Notes under the pieces: generated by a model
Told to the model about the DNA's origin: nothing
Seen by the model: the letters and a program-made list of their open reading frames with translations, nothing else
Databases searched by the model: none
NCBI GenBank assembly: GCA_002633005.1
Contig: NMRA01000021.1
Coordinates: 341,058 to 405,057 of the forward strand
Reading direction: 5' to 3'
Source of the DNA: Phoronis australis
Taxonomy: Eukaryota; Animalia; Phoronida
DNA length: 64,000 nucleotides
Program-made: the position numbers and the translations under genes
Part shown: positions 45,542 to 58,482 of the stretch, one piece after another
Position numbering within the stretch: the first letter of the stretch is position 1
Layout of the letters: the number at the start of each line of letters is the position of its first letter

Positions 45542-46859
45542 TCTAGCAGATTCTCAGAGACAGGTTCCATCACTGAAACAGAAAATAACACACTCTGATT
45601 CAATGCAACTCATAAAAATTAACTGCGTGTTTTGTGTCCTGTAGGTTAACCAAAACATTGCCTTCTTGTTTCTCGACTGTTCAGTGTTTTCTCACGGCGA
45701 TATACCTACACTAAGACAGTTATCAAAAATAAAAGCTGAACTCGCAATTTTGCTGCCAGAAAAAATCATTAAGCTTTTGACTAACCTGATAATGAAATTT
45801 TATAAAGCTAACTCAACGTCCCTTTTGAAAAATTGAGCCATTACAACCCTTTGGCTCTAGTTCAATAAAAAGATAGTGTCTTTCGATTTTTTACAAAAAG
45901 ACAGCTATCATAACGCGAAACCCGAATGTCCAGATAATCCAATTAACCGAATAATTGTGAATCGTATAACTGATCTGGCAATTTGACATTAAACAGCGAA
46001 TGTATTCCGACGTTAAGGAGACAATGTTTTTATGATAAATATAATTATTTCACGAGTGAATTATTAAATGACACTTATACGCGAGTCAACAGCGTGGTTC
46101 AGCCATGCGGCAGGGTCTATTGAATTATACAAATCCGTCTTTTCCCTTCAATTGTACGCTATTTTCGCTTTTTACTCCCTATTTTAAAGACGCTATTTCC
46201 ATTATTTTCACTAGCTTATATCACAGAAATAACTTCATCAATCACCGATAGACGTCACTAAAGGAGGAACAGTGTGTAAATCACACTATTGTAAATACAT
46301 ACTATTTTGTTTACTGGCAATTATAAAAACGTGGCGTGCAATGCCGTTCAATCGAGGGATCCACTTTGTTAGTGCACCACCATAAATTCAAAAGTAATTT
46401 AAATATCCTACAATTGATTCTGTTTAATTTGAACACATTTGATTAAGTGATGAAAGAACCCCATTTGTGATTCGATTTGACTAAAATGATTTAATTGCGG
46501 TCAAATTTCTAGTATGAAGCATTTAACTAAAATAATCGGAAATAATGTCTTTAAAAGGATTCTAGTCCGAGTTTGGCCTATTGACAGACATTGACAGTAG
46601 CTTTCCCATCCATCTCTCTAAAACAAAATAACTCTCTACAACCATCGTCAACTTTAAAAGGTTAGGAGGAAACTAGAAGAACCCTTTCAAATCGGCTAAA
46701 CAGGCAAGCGTGACACATGTTTTATGCGATTTACACGACAACTATTGGGGGGGGGGGTGAGTGTTTGTACTAGTTGGGATTATGTTTTCATCATTCAAAT
46801 GTGACTCAAATTGTGCATTAGCCGGGGGCAGAACGAGATTCTGTTGAAATTAGGGTTAA

Positions 46860-47609
46860 AGAGGCATGGAACGCCAAAACTAGTCAAAAATGTCTTTTAA
46901 ACAGTTTCTGACAAAAGTGCCATTTCCCAACGTGTACTACAGAATTATTCACTTTCCTCTGTGAAGGAATTTTCAGAAAAAATCACAAAATTCACGATTT
47001 TTGAAATACGTGTGAAGGAAAAAACTGTAGTCACCACAGAGTTTCTAATCTCATCCCACTTATGATAAATGCGCGCATGCTCGCACAATCATTCGACAAA
47101 CAACAGATTATCATCTGTGATCACACTCTGAATCTGAGGTCGAAAGCACAGTATGAGACAAGCCAATGAAACAAGTAATTTTCCAAAAAAAATTCCAAGT
47201 GCATTTTAGAAAGTAGTTGAATACCACGATGCCTTTAAACCAATTTTAAACAATTAGGACATACCTCAATTGCCTCTTCATCGGACTGATTGTTGCTCAA
47301 ATTCGCTATTGTTTTATTCACGCCAAAATTCAAATGTTACACTTTCTATTTAAGAGGAAGGTGCTATGCCTTACCATACCAGACGTGCTTTGCCTTGTGG
47401 GAGAAAATCAACTAAGTGGAAAGCAGATGGCAGATAGTTTTTATTTTGAAATTTGAAACTAAAAGAAAAATGCTTTGACATCAACAAAAATTTAAATCTT
47501 TACAAACAAACCGTAAAAATACCTGGTGAGCGAGTTGAGTTCTGTTTCGGTAGCAGAGAGCTACTTTGAATATTGCAATTTAATCTGTTTTTTCGCGTTC
47601 CAGGCCCCT
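46860..47609 (+). mobile_element. Kolobok-like non-autonomous DNA transposon family C with TTAA duplication
   Basis: TTAA-AGAGGCATGGAACGC ... GCGTTCCAGGCCCCT-TTAA; homologous to the inverted copy at 49940-50566. Confidence 0.8.
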
Positions 47610-48979
47610 TTAAGAGAAATATACATTGTATTGTCTAATACAAATGGAGTGTTTGTCATGAGATATTAATTGGTGTTTATTTACTCTTCAAGTCTTCGTG
47701 GCTCACTAGTTAGCAGAGGTCACGGGGTAGGAATGATGTCATGCTGATGAATCAGCAACGATTTTAAGATACTAAAGCGGGTTTTGTGGCGATCCTACTG
47801 TCTGCTCTCAAAAAGGATTTAACGCAAATACAAAAGTTTAACAGAGATGACTTAAGAATCGCTGGCCACTGGTTGTCGTCCTTGAATTCGCTATGACAAC
47901 TTATAGAGCAAAAATGTTCAAAATCGTCCATTGTTTCGATACCATTGTCTCGTTTTTTCCAAGGATGTGCCCACTTAAAAACTATGTTTCCCATATAAAA
48001 CAATGGTGTACCCAAAATCGCTGTTACTTGACGTCGTATTTTATTATTTGTTTTGTGTAATTAAAACAACCAGTTTACCTTTCACACTACAAAATGAAGG
48101 TTCTGCTTCAGTCTAGCTTTCATTCTACCGAGCAAACTGTTTCCGATACCAATAACACATTTTATCATCAAAACATAAGCAATGACATTTGTGTCTGCAA
48201 ACAGATAATTGACCGGCAAATAATGAACAGCGCAAGTTAATTACGTTATTGCACGTGCCTAATCAAAAGATCAAAGGCTTAAGTTTACTGCACCTTTTAT
48301 GAGTTTGTACGGTGAACAACGACGGTCGGCTCTTCGGGGTTGGAAGTTATTTTCTAACGGAAGAATCTCAATTCTTATTGTTCCAAAAAATTGGAAAAGA
48401 TGATAAGACGGTAAATGACATTTCAACGGCACATGAATTTAGTAAAGTTTTAATGTGTTTATGGAATATCGATAGAGCACACTTAACCGTTAATAGATTA
48501 TTTGTAATTTCGAGAGTAGGAAACCATCCACACGACAAATGAAATGTTTTTGTTTCCTATTCTTGATTCTCTAACTAATTTACAACCATCGACTTCAACG
48601 CGAAAAGACAAAGCGAATCGATTGTGACATGCTGTAATGGGATGTTATTGCCATTTGGAGATCAAAGTGTAATCGCTAAACGTGGTTAGATAGTGACGAA
48701 CCATTCTGAGATTAATGTACTCAAATCAGAGGCGTTGTCTATTCGTTTTCGTTCGGTATGCACCGAACCATCGATGGACAACAGAAGACTGATCAACTCT
48801 AAAGCATGCTGGGTGGCAAGCGTTTTATTGTATTGACTGTCACAAAATGCTATTGTAATTCCGCTTACGTTATTTAAAGGATATCAAATACTGTTTTAAA
48901 TTGTTAACGGTAGCAGCTACCACTAGCCACTAGGTCACTTATACATTTGAAACAGGACATGCTCTGTCATCCTTGTCAA

Positions 48980-49400
48980 CTAAGTCTATACCCTCTGACA
49001 CAACGCCATCTATACTGAAAAAGTGGCCCTGTGGAAACATGATGTACGACACACGGAATTCCGGTTGACATCAATGCGCATGCCTTGGTCGAAAGTATAC
49101 CGATCATACTGCCACCACTTGCACACGCCTTTATGCACTGTAGTTGTTTGGGCTTAAGACCCTGGATCGGGGTTTCCGTGATTTTGTTTACGTCAAACAT
49201 TGCCCGTGTCATTAAATTGCAACTATTCAAGTCAAATGTGGTCGCCATACTACATAACAGCAAACTGAAAGGGGTTTCCCAGATTTTAACCAATGGAAAT
49301 GACTGAATGTTATGACGTCGGTTTCATTACTTGAACCAATGAGAAGCCATGTTAAACAATGTTCCTCAGTGCTACCTTTCGTAACACTGTGAAAGTGTGT
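48980..49400 (-). mobile_element. Decayed RecQ-helicase N-terminal fragment, probably from an Academ (AcademH)-type transposon
   Basis: MATTFDL..GLKPKQLQCIKACASGGSMIGILST resembles the RecQ Q-motif and lead-in to motif I (LKPKQ.EC...V..G.DVI.VLPTG.GKS), but the Walker A is lost. Confidence 0.45.
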
Positions 49401-49515
49401 AACTAAGTCTAATAAAGTTATAAGCGTTACTAACGTTTAAGGTGCGTCACTGATTATGTGGCTGTAGGGAAAGACCGCACATGGTCTCACTTTGTGATAC
49501 AGAAATGTACTGGCT

Positions 49516-49901
49516 GGGGTCTAATCTTTTTACTCGAAGATGAACTCGAAATCATTATTGACATTTTCTATTCTATTTTGCCCAAACTCAGGGTAAGTGT
49601 CTATCATACCGTGCTCGAATACATTATGATTAACGCTGGTGAGTTTTTATGTCAAGTTCGCATTTGATGACCCCTAAATACGAGCTACACGGGAAAAATC
49701 GAGATTTCGAGTTCAATCACGAACTTGCAGCTTTAATACTGGGGTCGCCAAGTGTGAACTTAGACCAAAAACAGACCAGCGTAACCAAAATGCACTCGAG
49801 TACGGAATAATACACTTATATGGAGTTTCCAAAAGAGTACTAGAAACAAGAATGCAAAAAAGCAATCTCGAGTTCGAGTCCGAGTACAATAATTTGACCC
49901 C
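49516..49901 (+). mobile_element. MITE family D (GGGG...CCCC termini, CTCGA-rich)
   Basis: GGGGTCTAATC..TACTCGAAGATGAACTCGA is inverted with TCGAGTTCGAGTCCGAGTA..ATTTGACCCC; homologous to 58483-58850. Confidence 0.7.
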
Positions 49902-49939
49902 GGAACGTAATGTTTTGTATGAATAATGTTTTTATTTCT

Positions 49940-50566
49940 TAGAGAGACCTGAAACGCAAACAACAGACTAAATTGCGTTATTCACAGTAGTTCTTTGCAA
50001 CTGAAACAGAATTCAACCTGCTCACCGAGTATTTTTACCGTTTTATCGTAAAGATTTTGAATACCGGTTGATGTTAAAGCATTTTTCTTTTAGTTTCAAA
50101 TTTCAAGAAAAAAACGATATGTCAACTGCTCAGCACTTCGTCGCTCTTTCTCTCAGAAAGCAAAGCACGTCTCCTTATTTGGTATGGTAAAACATAGACG
50201 TAGCACATTTCCCTTATATGGACAATGTAACCTTTGATCTTTGATGTAAACAAAACCATGGAGACTTCTAGGAGCAGCCAGTCCGTTTAAGAGGCAATTA
50301 ATGTCCTAACTGTTTGAAATTAGTTATAAAGGTATCGTGATATTTAAAGATATTCTAAAGTGCACTTGCTTGCCTCACACTGTGCTGTCGACGTCAGATT
50401 CGGAGAGCGACCATACGTCATGATAATCTGCCGTTTATATCCATCTTAGTCAGCTGTTTTTCGAATGACTGTCAGCGCATGGGCAAATTTTTCAGAAGAG
50501 GGAGGGAGAGTAGAAACTCTGTTGTGACTGCAGAGTTTTTCCTTCACACGTATTTCAAAAATCGTG
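49940..50566 (-). mobile_element. Inverted, truncated copy of family C
   Basis: Reverse-complement matches to 46993-47613, e.g. AAAGCATTTTTCTTTTAGTTTCAAATTTCAA and CCTTCACACGTATTTCAAAAATCGTG. Confidence 0.8.
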
Positions 50567-53500
50567 TTGAGAGTGTAATGTACCACGGGTTTGGGTAATT
50601 TGTCTTGAAAATTACCAGCGTTGGGAGCAAGAGGTTAGAGCTACAAATTGGAGTGAAAACTTCAGAATTTCGAGCAAAACATCGAGTTTTTTAGCTCAAG
50701 CTAGGGTTTAATCCCTTTATGCCGGAGTCATCAGGTGCTAACTAGGTTTATGCTGTTCTCTACGTAAACCACAGGATAATAGACGCTTGTCTGAAGTTTA
50801 CAGAAAAGTAGAACAGAAAAGGTCAAAAACTATTTCGAGTGCGATTTCGAGTGACTGTTAAGGATTAGACGCCAAGCCCAGTTGTTGACTGTCGTGAGCA
50901 ACTCTTAGATTACATAAGAATGCTCACCAATCGTATGAAAAATAAACACTAGAGTAGACGAATTCTGGCAATGCACGTAAAACATGACTTTTTATATGAT
51001 AAAAATTTTATTAATCCATTTTACATTTAACATTTGTTAACCACCTCATGTGAACACGCTGTCGATTCTCATTGTTGACCGATAATGAAAGTTTACTAGT
51101 CTTTCAATCCAAATGTTAGCGGAAATCAAATTGCGAAGAACACTAGCAACGTTTTATAGAAACGAAAATTAAACGAAATGACTCGATTAAAACTTCAATT
51201 TTGAAGATTTTTCTTTTCGAAATTAAAACAAGCTATCTAAACAAATTATTATGTTTTTACCTTCAGTCGCAGCTTGAGCATTTTAAAGGAACGTTTTTCA
51301 TTGGTTTTTCTTCTGAAAAATACATTGTTTTGGAAATATTGTTTGATGGTGTAGACCTCTTAGTAGCTTCGATCAAAGCTATAAAATAACGTAATCCGTT
51401 GTGTTTTGTGATTTTATCAGGAATCGTCGTTGTCTGGCAGACAATGCGCTGAAACCAAGGTCTGGGGTTAAATACTTTGAAATACTCTGCCATTTATTGT
51501 GTTGGGTGTACTTCCAACAGTAGAGGGCAAGGCTGCGGTTGCGGAGGTTGCTCGCCTTGATTCCGCGCTAAGGCTGATTTCAGCAACTCACCTTTCTCTC
51601 CTATGATGTCCCTTTAAGATTTCATTCAATGAGCCAAGAAACTATTCAAACTTTCTACGGTGGACTTGACGCTTTTCAATAGAACATTACATCGATTTTT
51701 GATTTTTTTTTTGATTTGATGATCAAACAAACGCAAAAAAGCTCAAAGGCCAATTCATCGAATCAATGTCACGAGCTTATAACATGAAAATTAGTTTACA
51801 AAGGTACGTGTCTACAAACAGAGGCAATATTAACCACTTGAGTCTGGTATAGGAAAGTCGATCATAATCGAACTGATACACATTTTCACGAAAACCTTCT
51901 ATTTGCAACGAAGCCTCGATTATATTGCAATTTTAAAAAGTCTCCAGCAAACTGAAGATATAAATGAACAGCCAACGCAAAACTCTCGCACATAATTTTT
52001 TAAACTACTGTAAGTATAATCTTTGCTTACCTTGTGTGAACGAAATTTGAAACGTAATGAGACAAATCGCGGTAACGAAACAAACCGGAGAGAGAGGATA
52101 TGGTTCGTGTGGTTATTACACGTGAAAAGACGCGCCGTTTTGGCCTATAAAGAAGTTAACGTTTGTAAACAGACAGGTTGATTCATCGACGGTAACACGC
52201 CGATACAGGGTGGAAACGAAGGCGGTTACAAAATATTCGTTTCAATTCATGCACAGCCGCGTGTGGCAATGGAATTGGATTGATTTAAAAGACATCGATT
52301 CTTCAGAGAAACGCCCAAAAAGGTAGGGACAGCCTCCAGGAAAATTCATGAAAGTTGAAAGACACCTCAAACAACATTGCGTCGAGGTAGATCATGGCGG
52401 TGGAGGCCGGGCAGCGATGACGTAGCCGTGATACTGGCGGAAGATGAAGAAAATCGGTGACGACTGATCTCACCAAGGGCGGGGTAAAAGCTGATGACGA
52501 TCAGGGCAGGGCAAACTTCAGCAATCCCACGTCCATTTGTAATTATTTGTTCAAAACATCCAGTGGACGTGAAAGTTCTCTTAATCGGCAATTGGAATGA
52601 AACATAATGAGTAGACGTCCTTCCAATTATGCTTACAAAAGAAAAGTTCGCGTTTCTAGTTTCGGCGGTCAACCTTTCTAAATAATCTTTTGTAGCTAGG
52701 ACAGAATCTTCAGAATCCTCCATTCAACTGGCAATTATTTTGTAACCCTGTAACACTGCGGAGTCCAGAAATGACTCAAGCGCGTTGTGGATTTTCTACA
52801 ATAGATTTTTATTAACTTTGAAAACTCTTGTATTGATTTTGTAATCAGCAACGGTTTAAAGAAACTCATTAATGTTTTCCCAAAGTGATGAGAAAACCGT
52901 GTAAATTGATATACTGATAGCTTACTGGAAGTTAGAAGTCATTTGAAAACAACGCGCGAGGGAAACTTGCGGTTGTCGCACACTAAGGGTATGTGGGACC
53001 CTATAAAAATGGCCAAATTTGGCAAACTTCGGAACATCACATCTCAGAAACGGCAGATTGGATTCATTTGAAACATTCATGTACAATGCTTTTTGCACTA
53101 TTCTCAAAAAATATTAGGAATTGTTTTAACAATGTTCCTCTTTTGCGTGAGGAGCTATAAAAAGTAGTACTTTTATGATTTTCATGAAAAATAAAAGTTG
53201 ATAAAACGAAAACTGTAACAGCGTATTTGATATCTCACTTTGAACATTTACATTAAGTAAAGTTTGATCGTGTGATTGATACCGTTATTTTGCTGTCAAT
53301 GTACCTTTCTTTTTTGCTAAATTTTACTAAAATGACATGGTCATGTGACCGAATTAATAACAGTTTGCTAAAAAGTCAAAAATCAAATTCCGCAGCCTTT
53401 CTCCTTTCAGAGTTATAATATATTTTTCTGGACATTATGTTAAATGCACAAACTTGTAGATAAGTTCCTACTTAACCTTGAAGGGCATAGCCCAAGTATA

Positions 53501-53586
53501 GGAAAGTGTACGTGCACAACTGAATTTTAAACTGAAAGTTATATTTTCATAATGGACAATTTTCTCTGATCAGCTTAATATGTTAA

Positions 53587-53850
53587 CATGCGGGCACGGG
53601 GGGAGGGGCGTCGGGGTGCTCGAACGAGCACCCCTATTTGGCGAAGGGGCCAAAAAGATCTGCCTCAGAGAAATAAAAACTCCGAAAACAAGTAGAAAAC
53701 GATATAACAAAGGTCCACTAAAAAGGCAGGAACTACCAAAATTCGGCGCATGCACAATTCGTAGCTCTGAACTTACACTGTGAATCTTAGTAAAAGGTCC
53801 ACACTCTCAAAAATTCGAGCCCCCCATTGTTTGGGCTGGGTGCGCGCATC
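53587..53850 (-). mobile_element. MITE family B, full copy in reverse orientation
   Basis: CATGCGGGCAC...GGGTGCGCGCATC termini; internal reverse-complement match to 36490-36747; flanks GTTAA/ATTAA. Confidence 0.8.
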
Positions 53851-55132
53851 ATTAACAATAACTCTTGTTTCCTAAAGCTGAACACATGATACGACACTTG
53901 GTTATTAATTTTTATGCATTATTGGGAAATATTCACGTCAACTTTTTAATGCACTGTACCGTGTGTAAGTTGACAAAACAACCACAAATGTGAACATCTA
54001 ACTGCTGACACAAGATCAAGTTATTTTCACAGTAAAAATGTTATTAGTTCATCAGTAACATTAGGCTGTATCACATGAATTAACTTTTGATGACGCCATT
54101 ATAAATTAACATGTTCTTAAATGGTTTTTGCACTCTAGATATACATGTAGGTCCACCTACACTTCTGCATATGAACTGCATCGGAAATTTCACTGTAATA
54201 ATTAACAAGGGTCAGTTACCTGTCTTGGTACAGTTATCCAATGATTATTAAGAGATTTCCCATGACCATTATTGGCAAGTCAATATTAACAGTTGTTAGT
54301 ATTTGAAAAGTAAGCCATGTATGAAGGGAAAACCGCCTTGTCGATCGTACATGCGAAATGTAATTTTGAAATCATGACACCAGGGCACGTTTTGGTGATT
54401 TGTCCAACCCTGCTTCAGTTACCCACTATCGTATAATTAGTACTTCTCCAGAAAAACAAAAGCATTGTTGAGGTAATATGCTAATACTCTGACTCACTAC
54501 GTCACAAAATGGATTTGGTCATCCATTAACTCGCTTTCCAATTTATGAGAGTTTGTTCTGTCTATTTTACGTGTTCTACCCTATTTTCTTTGTCACGGAA
54601 CTTTTAAGTTAAAACTACATATATCCAAATACGAAAATCCGAAGAGTTCGGGATATTGATGAACTTGTGAAATGCAAACAATCACTGTTTTGTTTCTGTG
54701 TTTACGAGCTCACCTCTCCGTAAAGGCCCTCGCGTGCTTTAATTGTGCGGGCATGGATTTTGCAACCCGCAGGAAAACAAGGCATCGTCACATCGTTCCG
54801 GGCAAACCTTGCGAGCAACTTGTGAACGGTAATTGTTTTTGCCCGGAGCTCCCCGCAGATGACTCGGACCTGGCAGTATCTCACACGGATCTCGCCCGCC
54901 CGCGCATCAAAACTTCAAGCGCTGTTCGTGCAACATTTTGTGCTGCAACCTGCTGTTATAAAATCGGTCACATCTTGTTCCTTATTCAAATTATAGCAAT
55001 ATCCAGACTTAAGAAGAATTGACTGGTCTTTATTCCGTGAGATACGACCTAATAGGATACCTGTTAGATCAGGTTATTTACTAACCAGAGCGGTAGCATA
55101 GACGCCAGGGGATTTGCAAGCGATTTATTGTT

Positions 55133-55722
55133 ACTCGCTGGTTCCCTGCGTGCTTAGCCCAGCCAGCACGCGGGTATCACGCAGTGGCACCCGCTTTAGC
55201 ATTGGTCGATGTAACCTCGGCAGTCATTGCTTAGCTTTACAACACCGTAAAAAATGGCAGACTGTGAACGATTTTTAGCCTTGTCATGCAAGTGGCGTTC
55301 GAAGCAACTATTTCAAGTTCGTTTCTGCAGTGATGTTCAATAGCCGCGTGCTTGAAGCACATACATGAAACACATATCTGGCCGATTTAACCGGTGTGTT
55401 ATTCATACTGTATGAATTCAGGACACCATCGTAAACAAAAGTCATCGATAGTAGAAAGATGCATACCGAAAAGGCGAAATTAAAATTTCTAGGCTCATTC
55501 ACATTTCCTGAACATAAATTTTAAGCACCGATTTTTCTGTACATCTACATTTACACTTCAGTCCATCGGTCATGCCAGTTTGTTTGCGTAAAGCGCTACC
55601 TGTTGAGAATTCGACTAGCTAATCAGAAACGCCGGTGTAAAAAAATTTACAGAGGAAAATTTGATACCTGCGTGCTGGCGCTGCTACCGCCCCACCTAAC
55701 GGCACGCAGGGAACCAGCGAGT
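55133..55722. mobile_element. Non-autonomous TIR transposon with 21-bp perfect TIR and 8-10-bp target duplication
   Basis: ACTCGCTGGTTCCCTGCGTGC / GCACGCAGGGAACCAGCGAGT; inner GCCAGCACGCGGGTATCA / TGATACCTGCGTGCTGGC; flanked by TTATTGTT (55125-55132 and 55723-55730). Confidence 0.85.
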
Positions 55723-56371
55723 TTATTGTTATCATAGACATCACATGTAAGATGTCTATGATTGTTATACTTTAATTTCACTTCAAACAGAGAAGAGCGC
55801 AAATCATGACGTTGTTTTGGAAGAGGATATACGTCTACGAAGAAATTACGCTCTGGTGCTAGATTACGAGAACAAACCGGTAGTTCAAACAAGTTAACTA
55901 TTTATGATTGTTGTAGATGTGACTAATACTAAAAAATCAACAGTCAAAGGCTTGTTTTGCGAATTTTGTCGAGGTAAGAACCCGTACTGCAGTTTGCACC
56001 CGATAACCTCGGTAACGCGAGTCTCATTTTCTGCACTGTACTCGACCCCAGCATATGCACTAATGAAACTCAGTGAAGGGATAATGTGTCCCTCAGGAAA
56101 ACAGGTGTAACAAAACATTTGCGACGTAGCTTAATATTCAGTATGAGCGCTTTCCTATTTTTACCATATGCCTATGCAATGGACAGAAATAAGTTAGCTA
56201 CCTCTTGAGTCTTTCCCGGCCAAGGGACACAAGTTCGGGGGCACAAGTAGAGAAGCATAGCTTTGCGCATTGCTTCCCGTGTGCGTAAACTGTACCGATC
56301 AAAAAGATTACCCGGGCCTCGACCTTGAAACGACCACCAACGTGAATATGACGTGAATTGACGTGAGAAAT

Positions 56372-56702
56372 TTAAAGCAAATGATTGATTTAGAGCACTC
56401 ACCGTTATGAAACTGGTTTCAGGTTATTCCTCAGTCAAAATAGCTGCGATTCTTGGCCTTGGAAAGAAGTAACAGTTCGATCGTCATTGCCTGAGTTCAG
56501 GCTACACAAGTTGGCTTGTCACGGCGTGTCATTTATTTCGCGGAGCATGGTCTCGTACAATAGTCTAACGAATTTTCAGTTCTTAGCAAGACTAAATATC
56601 ATTTTTCATCGGAGTAAGGAACAAGTTGAGACCAATTTTATGACGGTAAGTGGCCTGAATCAAAGTTTCTTTGACGAAAAGCGAGTTTATAACCACTTTA
56701 AA
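56372..56702 (+). mobile_element. Kolobok-like palindromic MITE family A, copy
   Basis: Left arm CTCACCGTTATGAAACTGGTTTCAGGTTATTCCTCAGTC, core GTCACGGCGTGTCATTT, right arm GAGTAAGGAACAAGTTGAGACCAATTTTATGACGGTAAG, end CCACT-TTAA. Confidence 0.75.
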
Positions 56703-57404
56703 TACAAAAAGGCATTGACCCTTCTATGAAAAACGATGCCTGCAATACCAAGTTCCAATGACAGGCTTCACTGATGGATCTAGGATCCCGCAACTTTCAC
56801 ATACTCTTAAAGTTATAGCCTTTTTGGTCGTATCAGGGCTCCTATCACTCCGTCTATGTACATCCCCGGCCGACAGGCTGTTCTATTCAGGTTTCCCGGC
56901 ACCGTCAAATTGAGTGTGAAAATTGCATTGCACGGCACGGATCAATAAGTCATACCGAAGGGAAAACAATCATTTGAAATCAATTGAAATTTCAGTAGAC
57001 AGAAATGTACATGTCATATAATAATCATAGAATTACACCAACATCACTTACCATAGCTCTACTAACGATCAGCGAAAGCCGTCAAGTATTTATGGGCGCC
57101 TCACTTATGACATATTTTCTAAAAAATGACACGATATGAGGAGCAATAGATTGAATGAGCCACTCCCCACTGCTGAGCGACAAACAAGCTTTACTAGAAA
57201 CTGAGACGCGTCAATTTTCGAGAGAAATGAGCTGTCCCTGGAGTGCCAATTGTATTGAATCGCGTCAGTGTATTTTTCCGAGAGAAAAATCGATTGGTAA
57301 TGAGTAGGTTCAATACAGATCGCTGGTATGAAGTCTTTTTACGATTTTAATTCTGATAATACTAAACATTCGAAGTGTAATTCAAACAATAAGCCCACAG
57401 TCTG

Positions 57405-57560
57405 GGGATGGATTTGTGGCAGCTGGGTATGGTCGAAGCGGTGGAGAGAGGTCCGTGGACAGTTTTAGAGGACTGCCACAGCCTGGACATTTTTTCTTTT
57501 GGAACAGTAGCACCAGACCAACTGAGAGAAGAAACAAAGACTAGTGACCCGGGGAGGGAT
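57405..57560 (+). mobile_element. Decayed 3' end of an RTE-clade LINE
   Basis: The translation LWQLGMVEAVERGPWTVLEDCHSLDIFSFGTVAPDQLR resembles the RTE ORF C-terminus (G.VEG.R.RGRP..W...V..D...L.I..W...A.DR..WR). Confidence 0.35.
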
Positions 57561-58482
57561 GTTGGAGTCGGTGGTGATCACAGAACAGAGGAGCCAAATT
57601 TCTACTACTCACAAATTCCGCACCTATGCGTTGCAATATCTGTCTACGTTCAAGAAGACGCAAAACGTTTTGTGGCCACCGTTGGAAAATACTTGTTCTT
57701 CCGATACTACTTTTCCTTTTACTAACATTCCCCATCGACGCCTATATAGGAACTCATCGCGTAAAATACACAAAATACACGCAAAATACAATCACTTTCG
57801 TTTCGCTACATTGGTTTCAAACAACCGCAAAATGACTTTTTCTGAAATGATTGATTACGAAGGCTAGGTGAATAGACCTGACAATTAACGTAAGTCATTA
57901 GAAGTGGAAATAACAAAGCCCGGATATAGTTTTTATTAGTGACAAATTGCTTGGATGAAATTCGCACATGGAAACCTTTTCGTGTTTAATGACTTAATAT
58001 CCGTTTACCACGTAGCATGTAGCATCGCTTCACAAAGACGGACATCCAAGCGCAGCGTAACCTCGACGTATGTCATCAAAGGTCACGAATCTGTAATTTT
58101 CCATTTTATTTCACGACGAAAATAGGGACTCGTTTGCAGTGAGCTTCCTTGAAAAGGTCTGACCGCTCTCTCTCTTTCGTTGGACTTTGTTTCAGAAAGA
58201 CCACCCGTTGTAGTGGTTAATTTATTCCAAATCCTTTCATAGGTATTCTTGTACAGCTGAATCGTTAATCCTGAAGCAGAAAAGTCATGTTGTCATTAGC
58301 AACAACACATAAATTTCGAATTCCCTATTGAAAGGGAACATCGTAATTTTGTCGATAAAGGCGCCTTTTCGGAAGGTCATGAATATGTCACCGATCTGAG
58401 TCTCACGTCACATATACCTCTTCTATGCGAACCTTCCTCAAGAGTTTCTCTTTGATATGCGACATTACTCCTGCCTGGGGCA

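Noticed and set aside
54672-55022. 116-aa Cys-containing ORF
   Set aside because: No recognisable domain or exon structure; TE-rich context.
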